Positions 28,403 to 37,867 of a DNA stretch of 64,000 nucleotides are shown one piece after another. The notes under the pieces were generated by a model. It did not search any database, was not told the origin of the DNA, and saw only the letters and a list, made by a program, of their open reading frames with translations. This stretch comes from Candidatus Kapaibacterium sp. (GTDB lineage Bacteria; Bacteroidota; Ignavibacteria; Kapaibacteriales; UBA2268): positions 3,552,001 to 3,616,000 of the forward strand of contig OY762428.1 of the NCBI GenBank assembly GCA_963665665.1, read 5' to 3'. Both the position numbers and the translations under genes were made by a program. Positions within the stretch are counted from its first letter, which is position 1. Every line of letters starts with the position of its first letter.

Positions 28403-30013
28403 ATGACAAAGAACAGAAAATTGAAAGTTAAAGATATTGGAAATCCCAACCTGCTGCAGCTTGCGGAAATCAATCCTGATAAATTTTTCCCCTTGCCTGC
28501 TCCTTATGATAAGATAGAAGAACAGCCCGGATTTAATAAATTGAAAGATTCTGCCAGGGAAAAATATGACGGCAGTTTGGACGGAGTTATTGCGGTGGGA
28601 TTCGAACCTCCGAAAACAAAAGAAGAGGAAGATGAATTAGTTAAAAAATTTATCAGCGGGCTTGAAAAACTTTTCTCACGAAATAATAACTGGGCATTTC
28701 TGCAACCATTAACATTAAGTATGGAGCACTGTGCCAGATGCCAGACCTGTGTTGAGGATTGTCCGATATACGAAGGTAGCGGTTATAATCCCATATACAG
28801 GCCAACCTACCGTTCCGAAGTACTCAGAAGGCTGTATTTTAAATATGTAAAAAGTGGCAACTCACTTCTGAAAGCCTTCCAGAACGGAACTGTTGACCTG
28901 AATTGGCATACTATCGCCAGGCTTCTTGAATTAAGCTATCGCTGCACACTGTGCCGCCGCTGTGCACAGAGCTGCCCGATTGGGGTAGATAATGGATTAA
29001 TTACCCACGAACTTCGTAAGATGTTCAGTATGGAGATGGATCTGCATCCCAAGGAATTACATGAAAAAGGCACAATACAGCAGCTTGAAGTCGGTTCAAG
29101 TACCGGTATGAATGCAATAGTTGTTAAGGATAATATCGATTTTATCGATGAGGATATGACCGATATAACCGGAATTGAAGTGAAAACTCCCTGGGACAAA
29201 GAAGGCGCTGATGTACTACTTCTTCACAATGCCGGCGAGATTCTGGCATGGCCGGAAAATCCCGGAGCATTTGCAATACTTCTTGATGCAGCAGGTATAT
29301 CCTGGACAATGTCAAGCGAGAGTATTGGATTTGACGGCGTTAACTATGGACTTTTCTACGATGATGTTCAGCTTGCCAGGATAGCTAACCAGCATATTGA
29401 AATTGCAAAAAAGCTTGGAGTTAAAAAAGTTGTAATGGGTGAATGTGGCCACGAAAGCAAGGCACTTGGTGTTATATCCGACAGAATTACAGATACAGTT
29501 CCAAGGGAAACGGCCATGACTCTGATAAGAGATATCGTTTTCAGTGGCAAGATTAAGTTCGATCCGTCGAAAAATGATTTCCCTGTTACCTTGCACGATC
29601 CATGTAACCTGGTCAGGAATATGGGAGTAGTCGAACCCCAAAGAGAAGTTCTCCGTTATCTATGCCCTCAGTTCCGGGAAATGGAACCCCACGGGGTTAG
29701 GAATTACTGCTGTGGCGGTGGATCAGGATTCGCAATCATGTCCCCGCATAATTTCCAGGATTGGAGGATACAGGTAAGCAGCCGAACTAAGTTCAAACAG
29801 ATACTTGATTCCTTTGCAAACGAGGTTCCCGGGCCGGAAGTAAAGAAATACGTTTGTGCTCCATGCTCCAATTGTAAAGGCCAGATAAGGGATCTTTTTG
29901 ATTATTACGGCGCAAAAGAGAAATCAGGCCTTTATTACGGCGGTTTGGTTGAACTGGTTGTAAACGCAATGGTAGATATCAAGGATAAATTTATTGATTT
30001 TGATATGATGTAA
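28403..30013 (+). CDS. DsrK/HdrD-like Fe-S protein (two [4Fe-4S] motifs plus CCG domain)
   Basis: CARCQTCVEDCP, CTLCRRCAQSCP, GECGH, HDPCN, CCGGGSG, APCSNC. Confidence 0.88.
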   Translation: MTKNRKLKVKDIGNPNLLQLAEINPDKFFPLPAPYDKIEEQPGFNKLKDSAREKYDGSLDGVIAVGFEPPKTKEEEDELVKKFISGLEKLFSRNNNWAFLQPLTLSMEHCARCQTCVEDCPIYEGSGYNPIYRPTYRSEVLRRLYFKYVKSGNSLLKAFQNGTVDLNWHTIARLLELSYRCTLCRRCAQSCPIGVDNGLITHELRKMFSMEMDLHPKELHEKGTIQQLEVGSSTGMNAIVVKDNIDFIDEDMTDITGIEVKTPWDKEGADVLLLHNAGEILAWPENPGAFAILLDAAGISWTMSSESIGFDGVNYGLFYDDVQLARIANQHIEIAKKLGVKKVVMGECGHESKALGVISDRITDTVPRETAMTLIRDIVFSGKIKFDPSKNDFPVTLHDPCNLVRNMGVVEPQREVLRYLCPQFREMEPHGVRNYCCGGGSGFAIMSPHNFQDWRIQVSSRTKFKQILDSFANEVPGPEVKKYVCAPCSNCKGQIRDLFDYYGAKEKSGLYYGGLVELVVNAMVDIKDKFIDFDMM

Positions 30014-30080
30014 GTAAATATTTGACATAACTTTTATATGATGTATGAATAATTATTCGTAATATTCCGGAGCTTTCGCT

Positions 30081-31901
30081 ATGGAGCATTTATTACAACT
30101 ATTGGAACAAAATTTATTGGAAGTAATTCCGTTCAATTGTGCAGTTATTGACCGGGATTATAATATTGTTCTGGCTAACCGGTTATTCAAAGATTATTTT
30201 GGTAATTGGAAATCAAGAAAATGCCACGAGGTTTGTAAGAAAACAGATCAGGTTTGCGCTGACTGCCGCGCTTCAGATGTATTCGAAAAAGGCGAAACTA
30301 TCATATCGGATGAATCAGGTGTTAACCGTGAAGGCCGCCCATGCCACTATGTTGTACAGCTAACACCCCTGAAAGATGATAACGGAATTGTCAGATTTGT
30401 TGTGGAAATGTCGCTGGATATTACTGTTGGGGGAGCATTCCAGAAAGAATACAACCTGCTGTTCGAAAGAGTTCCCTGCTACATTAGTATAATCGACAGA
30501 AATTTTAATGTTGTTAGGGCTAATGAAAAATTCAGGGAGAAATTTGGCGACGAAGGCCGGAATAAATGCTACAACCTGTACAAAAAAAAGGATACCCCAT
30601 GCTCTGAATGTCCGGCAGCAAAAACATTCAAAGACGGAAAAGAGCACATGGCTGAACAATCCGGTATATCAAAGGATGGTGAACTGACAAATTATCTTGT
30701 TACTACATCACCTTTATCAAAAAAGGATGAAGAAGTATCACTTGTTATTGAAATAGCAACTGATGTAACAGAAACTCATAAACTTCAAAGAGAAATTGCT
30801 TATACTCATGATTTCTACAGCAGCCTGATAAAAAATTCCACCGATGCTATAATCGCCATAGATAAAAGTGGTAAAACAAGCATTTTTAATCCTGCTGCTT
30901 CTGAGTTATTTAAATGGAAAAAAGAATCGAAACCTCAACTTCGGGATATCAGCCGGCTTCTTCCGGATTCTTTCTTTGAAAAATCAGGAAAGAATATCAC
31001 AAGTCCTATTGAAACATACATACACGATACAGACGACAACAGCCTTCCCGTTAGAATGAGCATGATGGACCTGAAAAATATAAATGATGAGATTGGCCGT
31101 GCTGCTTTCATTCAGGATTTAAGAGAAATAAAAAGCCTTGAAAAGGAAAAGCTTGATGCGGAAAGGCTCGGAGCCGTAGGAGAAACTGTTGCCGGTTTGG
31201 CCCATACAATTAAAAATTTACTAATGGGGCTTGAAGGCGGTATGTATATGGTTGATAGCGGGCTGCGTTCCGGAAATGCTGAACGTATAGTCAGCGGTTG
31301 GGACGTTTTGCAGAGAAATTTCAACAAAACTACTGCCCTTGTAAAGGATTTCCTGAATTTTGCCAAAGGCCGTTTGCCGGAGTTGAAACTTGTCAGCCCC
31401 GCTAAATTGATTAATGATATTGTTGAATTATATTATGATGCAGCCAAACAACAGGGAGTGGAACTTGTTGCTAAAATTGATGATAAGATTCCTGATGCCT
31501 GGCTTGACCCCGACGGAATTGAAGCATGCCTGACTAACCTTGTTTCCAACGGTATTGATGCTGCCATGATGGGTGAAAAATCAGAAAAAACAGTTGAAAT
31601 GAAAGTTCTCGATGATGGCAGCAACCTGATCTTTGAAGTGAAGGACAATGGAACGGGAATGGATTCAGAGGTAATACAAAAAGTATTTACTACTTTCTTT
31701 ACAACAAAAGGCAACAAAGGAACCGGCCTCGGGCTACTGACAACCAATAAAATAGTAAAAGAGCATGGCGGCAAAATTGAAGCCGAATCTAACCTGGGAT
31801 CCGGCTCTGTTTTCAGGATGAAATTCCCACTCATGATCCTGGAAATGCTGGCAGCCGAATCTGAGAATATTCAAAAAGGGAGAAACCATGAAAAAGATTG
31901 A
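30081..31901 (+). CDS. Cytoplasmic multi-PAS sensor histidine kinase
   Basis: Three PAS-like domains; H-box AGLAHTIKN; N-box NLVSNGIDA; DNGTGM, FFTTK, GTGLGL. Confidence 0.92.
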   Translation: MEHLLQLLEQNLLEVIPFNCAVIDRDYNIVLANRLFKDYFGNWKSRKCHEVCKKTDQVCADCRASDVFEKGETIISDESGVNREGRPCHYVVQLTPLKDDNGIVRFVVEMSLDITVGGAFQKEYNLLFERVPCYISIIDRNFNVVRANEKFREKFGDEGRNKCYNLYKKKDTPCSECPAAKTFKDGKEHMAEQSGISKDGELTNYLVTTSPLSKKDEEVSLVIEIATDVTETHKLQREIAYTHDFYSSLIKNSTDAIIAIDKSGKTSIFNPAASELFKWKKESKPQLRDISRLLPDSFFEKSGKNITSPIETYIHDTDDNSLPVRMSMMDLKNINDEIGRAAFIQDLREIKSLEKEKLDAERLGAVGETVAGLAHTIKNLLMGLEGGMYMVDSGLRSGNAERIVSGWDVLQRNFNKTTALVKDFLNFAKGRLPELKLVSPAKLINDIVELYYDAAKQQGVELVAKIDDKIPDAWLDPDGIEACLTNLVSNGIDAAMMGEKSEKTVEMKVLDDGSNLIFEVKDNGTGMDSEVIQKVFTTFFTTKGNKGTGLGLLTTNKIVKEHGGKIEAESNLGSGSVFRMKFPLMILEMLAAESENIQKGRNHEKD

Positions 31902-32406
31902 AGAAACAAAGATACTCGTCGTTGATGATGAAGACGATGTAAGAAATTACCTCAGCGCTGCATTATCAGATGCAGGATTTATTATCAGCACCGCATCAGA
32001 CGGCGCTGAAGCCCTAAAAGCCCTGGAAAATGAAATACCGGATCTTATTTCATTGGATCTGGTAATGCCAAAACACTCAGGCATACAGTTCTATCGTGAT
32101 ATGAAAAAGAAAAAAGAATTTTCTTCCATACCAGTGCTTATTGTTACCGGGCATGCTCACGACGATCTGGGAAAAGTAGATTTCGACGCAATGACAATGC
32201 AGGGGCCTGGTATTTATCTGGAAAAGCCTGTAAAACCTGCTCAATACGTTCAGTCTGTCTGTAAAATTCTTGGAATTGATCCGCCGGAAGGATATATTAC
32301 ATCAGAACCTGAGAGCGGTGACCTGAAGGATGAGTTAAAGAAATCAATGGAAAATGCTGATCCGGATGCTTTGCAAAGGGCCCTTGATGCCCTTAAGAAG
32401 AAATAA
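31888..32406 (+). CDS. Response regulator receiver with a short C-terminal extension
   Basis: ILVVDDE, DLISLDLVMP, IVTG, LEKP; overlaps the kinase stop. Confidence 0.9.
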   Translation: MKKIEETKILVVDDEDDVRNYLSAALSDAGFIISTASDGAEALKALENEIPDLISLDLVMPKHSGIQFYRDMKKKKEFSSIPVLIVTGHAHDDLGKVDFDAMTMQGPGIYLEKPVKPAQYVQSVCKILGIDPPEGYITSEPESGDLKDELKKSMENADPDALQRALDALKKK

Positions 32407-32434
32407 ATTAATATTTAATACAACGGAGTTTGAG

Positions 32435-32812
32435 ATGGCAAAGAAAATATTAGTTGTGGATGATGAACCGGATGTTTTGTCATATCTGGTTACTTTCCTG
32501 AACGATAACGGATTTGATACTGTTGAAGGAAAAAATGGAAAAGAAGCCCTGGAAATGGCAAAATCCGAAAAGCCCGACCTGATAACCCTGGATATTTCAA
32601 TGCCGGAGCAGTCCGGTGTAAGGGCATTCAGAGACCTGCAGGAAACAACCGAAACAGCCAATATTCCGGTTATTGTTATTACCGGAGTAACATCGGAATT
32701 CAAAAAATTCCTGCTAAGCAGAAAACAGGTTGATCCGCCGGTAGCTTATTTCGAAAAACCGATTGACAGGGAAGAAGTACTTGCTGAAATCAAAAAAATC
32801 CTGAAGGTTTGA
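32435..32812 (+). CDS. Single-domain response regulator
   Basis: KKILVVDDE, DLITLDISMP, VITG, FEKP; start re-called at ATG 32435. Confidence 0.9.
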   Translation: MAKKILVVDDEPDVLSYLVTFLNDNGFDTVEGKNGKEALEMAKSEKPDLITLDISMPEQSGVRAFRDLQETTETANIPVIVITGVTSEFKKFLLSRKQVDPPVAYFEKPIDREEVLAEIKKILKV

Positions 32813-32843
32813 TTCTGAATTTTAATGGAATAACTGTATAAAT

Positions 32844-32878
32844 CAACAAAGCCGTTCCAATCAGGAAGGGCTTTGTTG
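32844..32878 (+). terminator. Intrinsic terminator after the redox/two-component operon
   Basis: caacaaagccgttcc-aatca-ggaagggctttgttg. Confidence 0.7.
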
Positions 32879-33055
32879 TTTCGAGCTGCATGTCTGCCCT
32901 GCCATGCAGTTAAGAATTTTATGAAATTTCCTTTTCCCATATCTATTATTTGCGCTTAAAATCAGAGAATGTTAGTTGATTCAGATTTTATAATAGAAAT
33001 TCAGGAACTGCATTTCAAATATTTAACAGGGAATCTATACTTTATTTTTTTTACT

Positions 33056-33063
33056 TATCTTTG
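33056..33063 (+). promoter_or_regulatory. Bacteroidota-type -7 promoter element (TAnnTTTG)
   Basis: TATCTTTG about 45 bp upstream of the FkbM gene. Confidence 0.5.
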
Positions 33064-33106
33064 TAACAAAGGATGGTATTAATAAAGATACAAGTGTGGA
33101 TATAAC

Positions 33107-33826
33107 ATGAGCAAAGCTTTTAAATTATTTCTGAAAAAGAATTTTCCCTCTTTAGCATATAAACTATTATCAATCCAGAAGAAAGACTCCCGCTTAAGAA
33201 ATATTTTTCTTAAATATCACAATATCAATCTGGTATTGGATGTTGGAGCAGATATCGGCTTATACGGCCATGCAGTCAGGCATAATGGTTTTTCCGGACG
33301 TATTGTTTCTTTTGAGCCGAGAAAAAGAGGATTTGAACATCTGAAAAAATGGTCTTCGAAGGATCCTCTCTGGGATGCTGAGAATTATGCTTTGGGAGAT
33401 TTTGACGGAGAATCAGAGATTAATGTTTCAGAAAACCAGGTTTCGTCGTCTTTACTGGACCTTTCAAAAAAATCGGTTGAAATTGTACCCGAAACACAAT
33501 ATATTGAAAAGGAGACAATCAAAGTTCACAAACTTGATACTGTGATAAACAACTTTTATAAAAATGGTGATAAGGTTTATTTGAAAGTTGATACACAGGG
33601 GTTTGAGAAAAAAATAATGAACGGATCTCTTAATTCTTTGAATAAATTGGAAGCTATTCAGCTGGAGCTGTCTATTGATCCGCTTTATAAGGAAGTTGAC
33701 AGCCTTAGAGATATGCTTAATTTTATGGATGGCCTCGGTTTCAAACTGGCTTCCTTCGAATACGGGTGGCACGATATCAGTTCCGGGCATATGATGGAAG
33801 TTGACGGAATATTTATCAGAAAATGA
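33107..33826 (+). CDS. FkbM-family methyltransferase
   Basis: VLDVGADIG, IVSFEP, NYALG, SSSLL, YLKVDTQGFE. Confidence 0.9.
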   Translation: MSKAFKLFLKKNFPSLAYKLLSIQKKDSRLRNIFLKYHNINLVLDVGADIGLYGHAVRHNGFSGRIVSFEPRKRGFEHLKKWSSKDPLWDAENYALGDFDGESEINVSENQVSSSLLDLSKKSVEIVPETQYIEKETIKVHKLDTVINNFYKNGDKVYLKVDTQGFEKKIMNGSLNSLNKLEAIQLELSIDPLYKEVDSLRDMLNFMDGLGFKLASFEYGWHDISSGHMMEVDGIFIRK

Positions 33827-33860
33827 AAAACATTATAACAAAGTATAACTGGCACAAACA

Positions 33861-33890
33861 AAAAAGCCGTTCCGATAAGGAACGGCTTTT
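33861..33890. terminator. Bidirectional terminator between FkbM and tRNA-Thr
   Basis: aaaagccgttcc-gataa-ggaacggctttt. Confidence 0.8.
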
Positions 33891-33899
33891 ATTTTTCTG

Positions 33900-33972
33900 A
33901 GCCACAAGACGGACTCGAACCGCCGGCCTGCTGATTACAAATCAGCTGCTCTACCAACTGAGCTATTGTGGC
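33900..33972 (-). tRNA. tRNA-Thr (anticodon TGT), CCA not encoded
   Basis: Reverse complement GCCACAATAGCTCAGTTGGTAGAGCAGCTGATTTGTAATCAGCAGGCCGGCGGTTCGAGTCCGTCTTGTGGCT, a 73-nt cloverleaf. Confidence 0.97.
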
Positions 33973-33987
33973 CTGAAAGAACGAATA

Positions 33988-33995
33988 CAAAAATA
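33988..33995 (-). promoter_or_regulatory. TAnnTTTG -7 element for tRNA-Thr
   Basis: Reads TATTTTTG on the minus strand, 15 bp upstream of the tRNA; the same motif lies upstream of the MBOAT gene (36585-36592) and usp (59864-59871). Confidence 0.55.
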
Positions 33996-34224
33996 ATACT
34001 TTTCCTTAATTCAGCAAAGTAAAAAATTTCGTTTTCAATAAATTATTTGTACTATTTTTTATAATACCTGAGTTTTATTTGCAGGTTGATGATCTTTATG
34101 GCAATAATTCCACACCGGGAGAAAAAAAACAAAAAGTTAAATAACTGAAATTATTAAAGAAATAGAAAATACAATCGGAAATTAATGTTGATATTGCTTT
34201 GAATCAATCCTCTATAAACGATTC

Positions 34225-35115
34225 TCAGGGGTTGCTAAAGCTATAGAGCTTTTCACTGACAATTTTTGCGCCTTCAATATTATTATGAAGCCTGTCGGCA
34301 AAGTATTGGTTTGCCATTAGTAATCCTGACAGATCAATAATTGCTGAACCTGTTGCATCTTCAATTTGTTCTTTTAACTGCTCGAAATTTGTGAATTTCA
34401 CAAGGTAATCTTTTTGGTAAGGAGCAATATATAGATTTGCTTCAATATTCAGTGCTTTCATTTCTCTCAGAAAATCAGCCAGTTTTTTTGCTCCTTCGAT
34501 ATCCGGCAACATTTCAAATGGTTTCATTGTTTCTGCAAGCCTGATAACTTCGTTGCTGATAATCCCCTTGTTTATCCAGTCGAAGTCATTGGGTTTATTC
34601 AGATAATAAAGGCTTCTGTATAGGTATTGGGAATTATAACAATATAATGGCAGAATAGAATTTATATATTTAAGCTTATCATCTTTTGAATAGAGTATAT
34701 CAGAGATTCTGCCCGATTCAGATACGAACATATTGAAGGGATAGCGGTGTTCGTTACTTTCCAGCCTTGTACTATCGTCAAAAAACAGGCAGGAAGCCTC
34801 GATAAATATCTTCTTCGGCTTCGGATTTCTGTCAAGATAGTCTTTTAATAAAGCAACTATCATATCGGCCGGTATTCCGTTGAATGATAAATTGGCGGCT
34901 TTGATATTTTTATTCTCAATCAGGTATGGCACATAAATTGAATTCACTCCACGTGAATTACCAATGAAAAGTATTTCGTTTTCCTGCTTCTGATTGTATA
35001 GCTTTGCATACCTGAAATTACTTTTGGATATTATTATTCCAAGGCCTGTAACTATTACAAACTGGCCTCCGAAGAAGATCAGCAAAAAGAGAATTATATA
35101 TTTTAGATATTTCAT
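34225..35115 (-). CDS. Membrane-anchored SGNH-like protein (partner of the MBOAT O-acyltransferase)
   Basis: N-terminal TM; FIGNSRG; NLSFNG; C-terminal FADRLHNN..GA (DxxH). Confidence 0.7.
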   Translation of the reverse strand: MKYLKYIILFLLIFFGGQFVIVTGLGIIISKSNFRYAKLYNQKQENEILFIGNSRGVNSIYVPYLIENKNIKAANLSFNGIPADMIVALLKDYLDRNPKPKKIFIEASCLFFDDSTRLESNEHRYPFNMFVSESGRISDILYSKDDKLKYINSILPLYCYNSQYLYRSLYYLNKPNDFDWINKGIISNEVIRLAETMKPFEMLPDIEGAKKLADFLREMKALNIEANLYIAPYQKDYLVKFTNFEQLKEQIEDATGSAIIDLSGLLMANQYFADRLHNNIEGAKIVSEKLYSFSNP

Positions 35116-35127
35116 TATCCTGCCTGG

Positions 35128-36555
35128 TTAGAACTGAAAATAAATAAACTGATTATGGGAGAAACTTCCAAAAAGCAGTATCATCCAGATAATTGCTGAA
35201 AAAGCTATATACCTGAATACCGGCTTTTGCAGGATCAATTCATCCACGGGATACTTCTGGTGGAAAAGCTCGCCGGCAAATAATGCAAATACAGGCGGAA
35301 GAACTCTGATAATGTCAAATTTGTATCTGATATATGATAATCCCATTTCTTCGAAAGACAGAATTTTTCCGATAATATAGAAAGCATCGCCAAAAGTCTG
35401 TGCCCTGAAAAAAATCCAGGCCAGGCATACCAGTGAAAAAGTTAACACAATGTTGAAAAATATGTGTAATTTTTTAAACATAATTTTTGCAAGAAAGTCA
35501 TTAACCGGTGCTAAAACTCTTTGCAATACCAGGTAGAGCCCGTGAAGAAATCCCCAGAAAACAAATGTCCAGCTTGCACCGTGCCACAGGCCGCCGAGCA
35601 GCATTGTAAGCATCAGGTTCCTTTGTGTATTAAATTTCCCCTTCCTGTTTCCTCCCAGGGAAATATAAAGATAATCCCGCAGCCAGCTGGATAATGATAT
35701 ATGCCAGCGTTTCCAGAAATCACTGAAATCCCGGGCAAAATATGGGAATCGGAAGTTGACGGGGAAGTCGTAACCCAAAATCCTTGCTATACCTATTGCT
35801 ATGTCGGAATAACCGGAGAAATCACCGTATATCTGTACAGAATAGAGTAATACGAAAATAATGATATTTATAGTAGGGAATAGTTCCGGATTCTCGAAAC
35901 CACGATCGACAATAATTGCAACTGTATCGGCAACGGCCACTTTTTTGAAGAATCCAAGAAGGATCAGGCCCATTCCCGAAATAAAACGCCTGCTGTCGAA
36001 TGTGTGTTCTTTTTGAAATTGTGGCAGAAGATCGCCAGCACGAACAATAGGCCCTGCCACAAGTTGTGGAAAAAATGCCACATAAGTGGAATAAATCAGG
36101 AAGTTGTTTTCCGGTTTAAGTTTCCCGCGATATATATCCAATGTATAGCTTAATGTTTGGAAAGTATAGAAGGATATCCCTACCGGGAGGATAATATTTA
36201 AAGTATGAACCGAAAAAGAAAATCCCATCAGTGTAGTGATATTCTGAAAGGAATCTATGAAGAAATTAAAATACTTGAAGATAGCGAGCAACCCGAGATT
36301 TGCAAGCAAACTAAGAAAAACCAGATTCTTCTTCTTCCCGGGCGAGTCGCTGCGGAATATACTTCTGCCAATGGAATAATCAACAACTGTTGAAAATAAT
36401 ATTAATGATAAAAAGCGCCAGTCCCACCATCCGTAAAACAGATAACTTCCTATCAGGCAAAGAATAATCCTGTGCGTTCTATCTTTCAGGACTCCGAAGT
36501 AGAGGAATAGAAATACAACAAAAAATATTATGAATTCAAAGGAATTAAAGATCAT
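35128..36555 (-). CDS. MBOAT O-acyltransferase (AlgI/PatA-like)
   Basis: LPVGISFYTFQTLSY, FFPQLVAGPI, DFSGYSDIAIG, FWKRWHISLSSWLRDYLYI, GLWHGA, FIYFQF. Confidence 0.93.
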   Translation of the reverse strand: MIFNSFEFIIFFVVFLFLYFGVLKDRTHRIILCLIGSYLFYGWWDWRFLSLILFSTVVDYSIGRSIFRSDSPGKKKNLVFLSLLANLGLLAIFKYFNFFIDSFQNITTLMGFSFSVHTLNIILPVGISFYTFQTLSYTLDIYRGKLKPENNFLIYSTYVAFFPQLVAGPIVRAGDLLPQFQKEHTFDSRRFISGMGLILLGFFKKVAVADTVAIIVDRGFENPELFPTINIIIFVLLYSVQIYGDFSGYSDIAIGIARILGYDFPVNFRFPYFARDFSDFWKRWHISLSSWLRDYLYISLGGNRKGKFNTQRNLMLTMLLGGLWHGASWTFVFWGFLHGLYLVLQRVLAPVNDFLAKIMFKKLHIFFNIVLTFSLVCLAWIFFRAQTFGDAFYIIGKILSFEEMGLSYIRYKFDIIRVLPPVFALFAGELFHQKYPVDELILQKPVFRYIAFSAIIWMILLFGSFSHNQFIYFQF

Positions 36556-36639
36556 TGTTTCATGTTGATCAATTTAACAAAGAACAAAAATAAGTATTAT
36601 TATCAATACTGCTTAAATTAAAATTATCGGAAATGGAAA

Positions 36640-37203
36640 TTAAATAATTGTGGCAAAACCAATAAGGTTCCTCTTCAGGTAACTGTCCTCAATTGACTGA
36701 TTGATTACTCCTGCAGATGTAGATGCATGAACAACCCTTCCATCGCCAATGTAAATCCCCACATGGCTTACTAATTTCCCCTTGGTATTGAAGAAAACCA
36801 GGTCGCCGGGCATAGCATCTGCCTGGCTGATCTTTTTCGATGATCTGTATTGATTTGAAGCTGTTCGGGGTATGCTTAGCCCCGCCTTGCTGTATACAGT
36901 TAATACAAATCCGGAACAATCCGTACAGTTTTTGGATTCACCGCCATAACAGTAAGGCGTGCCTATCCAGGATAATGCTTCATTTACAATTTTGTTTCGG
37001 ATATCTGATAAATTGGAGGGAATCGTTGATTTGTGATTTTGAGAATTACGATTTACAGGTTTGTAATTGGATGAAAGACCGCCGGAATTAGTATCTGAAC
37101 TGAAACGAACAGCACTGCTGCAGGAAGATAATAAAAAACTACCTGCTGCAACAATAAAAAACAAACAATATTTTACAGTGCTTTTCACTGTGGTTATATG
37201 CAT
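36640..37203 (-). CDS. NlpC/P60 peptidoglycan endopeptidase lipoprotein
   Basis: Lipobox LSSC; GTPYCYGG, DCSGF, PGDLVFF, HVGIYIG..VHAS. Confidence 0.92.
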   Translation of the reverse strand: MHITTVKSTVKYCLFFIVAAGSFLLSSCSSAVRFSSDTNSGGLSSNYKPVNRNSQNHKSTIPSNLSDIRNKIVNEALSWIGTPYCYGGESKNCTDCSGFVLTVYSKAGLSIPRTASNQYRSSKKISQADAMPGDLVFFNTKGKLVSHVGIYIGDGRVVHASTSAGVINQSIEDSYLKRNLIGFATII

Positions 37204-37208
37204 TGATA

Positions 37209-37361
37209 TTAATGAATTGCAACATTCTTTGCCGATTTTCTGTTCCTGCCAAACAGCCTTGAAACTATTTTTGCCACATTGCCTCTGAATTCAGAGCTTA
37301 TAACCATGAATCCTATTCCGGCGAGGAGCAAAAATGCTGCTTTTACAATTCCAACTTCCAT
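37209..37361 (-). CDS. Unannotated 50-aa single-TM small protein
   Basis: MEVGIVKAAFLLLAGIGFMVISSEFRGNVAKIVSRLFGRNRKSAKNVAIH*; GGGA upstream; ends 5 nt before the nlpC start. Confidence 0.55.
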   Translation of the reverse strand: MEVGIVKAAFLLLAGIGFMVISSEFRGNVAKIVSRLFGRNRKSAKNVAIH

Positions 37362-37414
37362 TTTATTCCCAACTTGTTCAGTTTATTTTTCATTACTATT
37401 ACGCTTAATAATCT

Positions 37415-37430
37415 AACAAGTTTCATGCCA
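37415..37430 (-). promoter_or_regulatory. Putative sigma54 -24/-12 promoter
   Basis: Minus strand reads TGGCAT-GAAAC-TTGTT. Confidence 0.55.
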
Positions 37431-37680
37431 TTATGGAATTTCTACCGGGCATCAAATTGCATGAGCGAACCGATAAAATTTATTATTCTGTTAAGCCGGG
37501 TTTAAGTTGGGGGCAAGTACAAAACAATTTGCTGTACAATCCAATTGCAGAATTTGGTATTGGGAATAATACACAAAATTGAGAGGAAAATATTAATTGT
37601 CAGGCTTGAAAAAATATGCAAAAATTGTGTAACAAAAAACCTGGAGATGTGTTAGTTAAAGAAAGTTTAGCATAAACATA

Positions 37681-37759
37681 AAAAAAAACCTGGAATCAAT
37701 GATGAAATTAGGGTAAATTCTTGTTGAGGTTAAAGAAACATCATGTTCCAGGTTTTTTT
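37681..37759. repeat. Long imperfect inverted repeat in an intergenic region
   Basis: aaaaaaacctggaa(tca)atgatg ... catcat(g)ttccaggttttttt. Confidence 0.55.
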
Positions 37760-37867
37760 AATATAGTTAAAAACTTTCAAAATAGCAATAAGTTATTGAT
37801 ACATAACAAAATAAAAAAAATATATCCAGATTAACCTGTTAATTTATCAATTATTTACTGAAAAATA

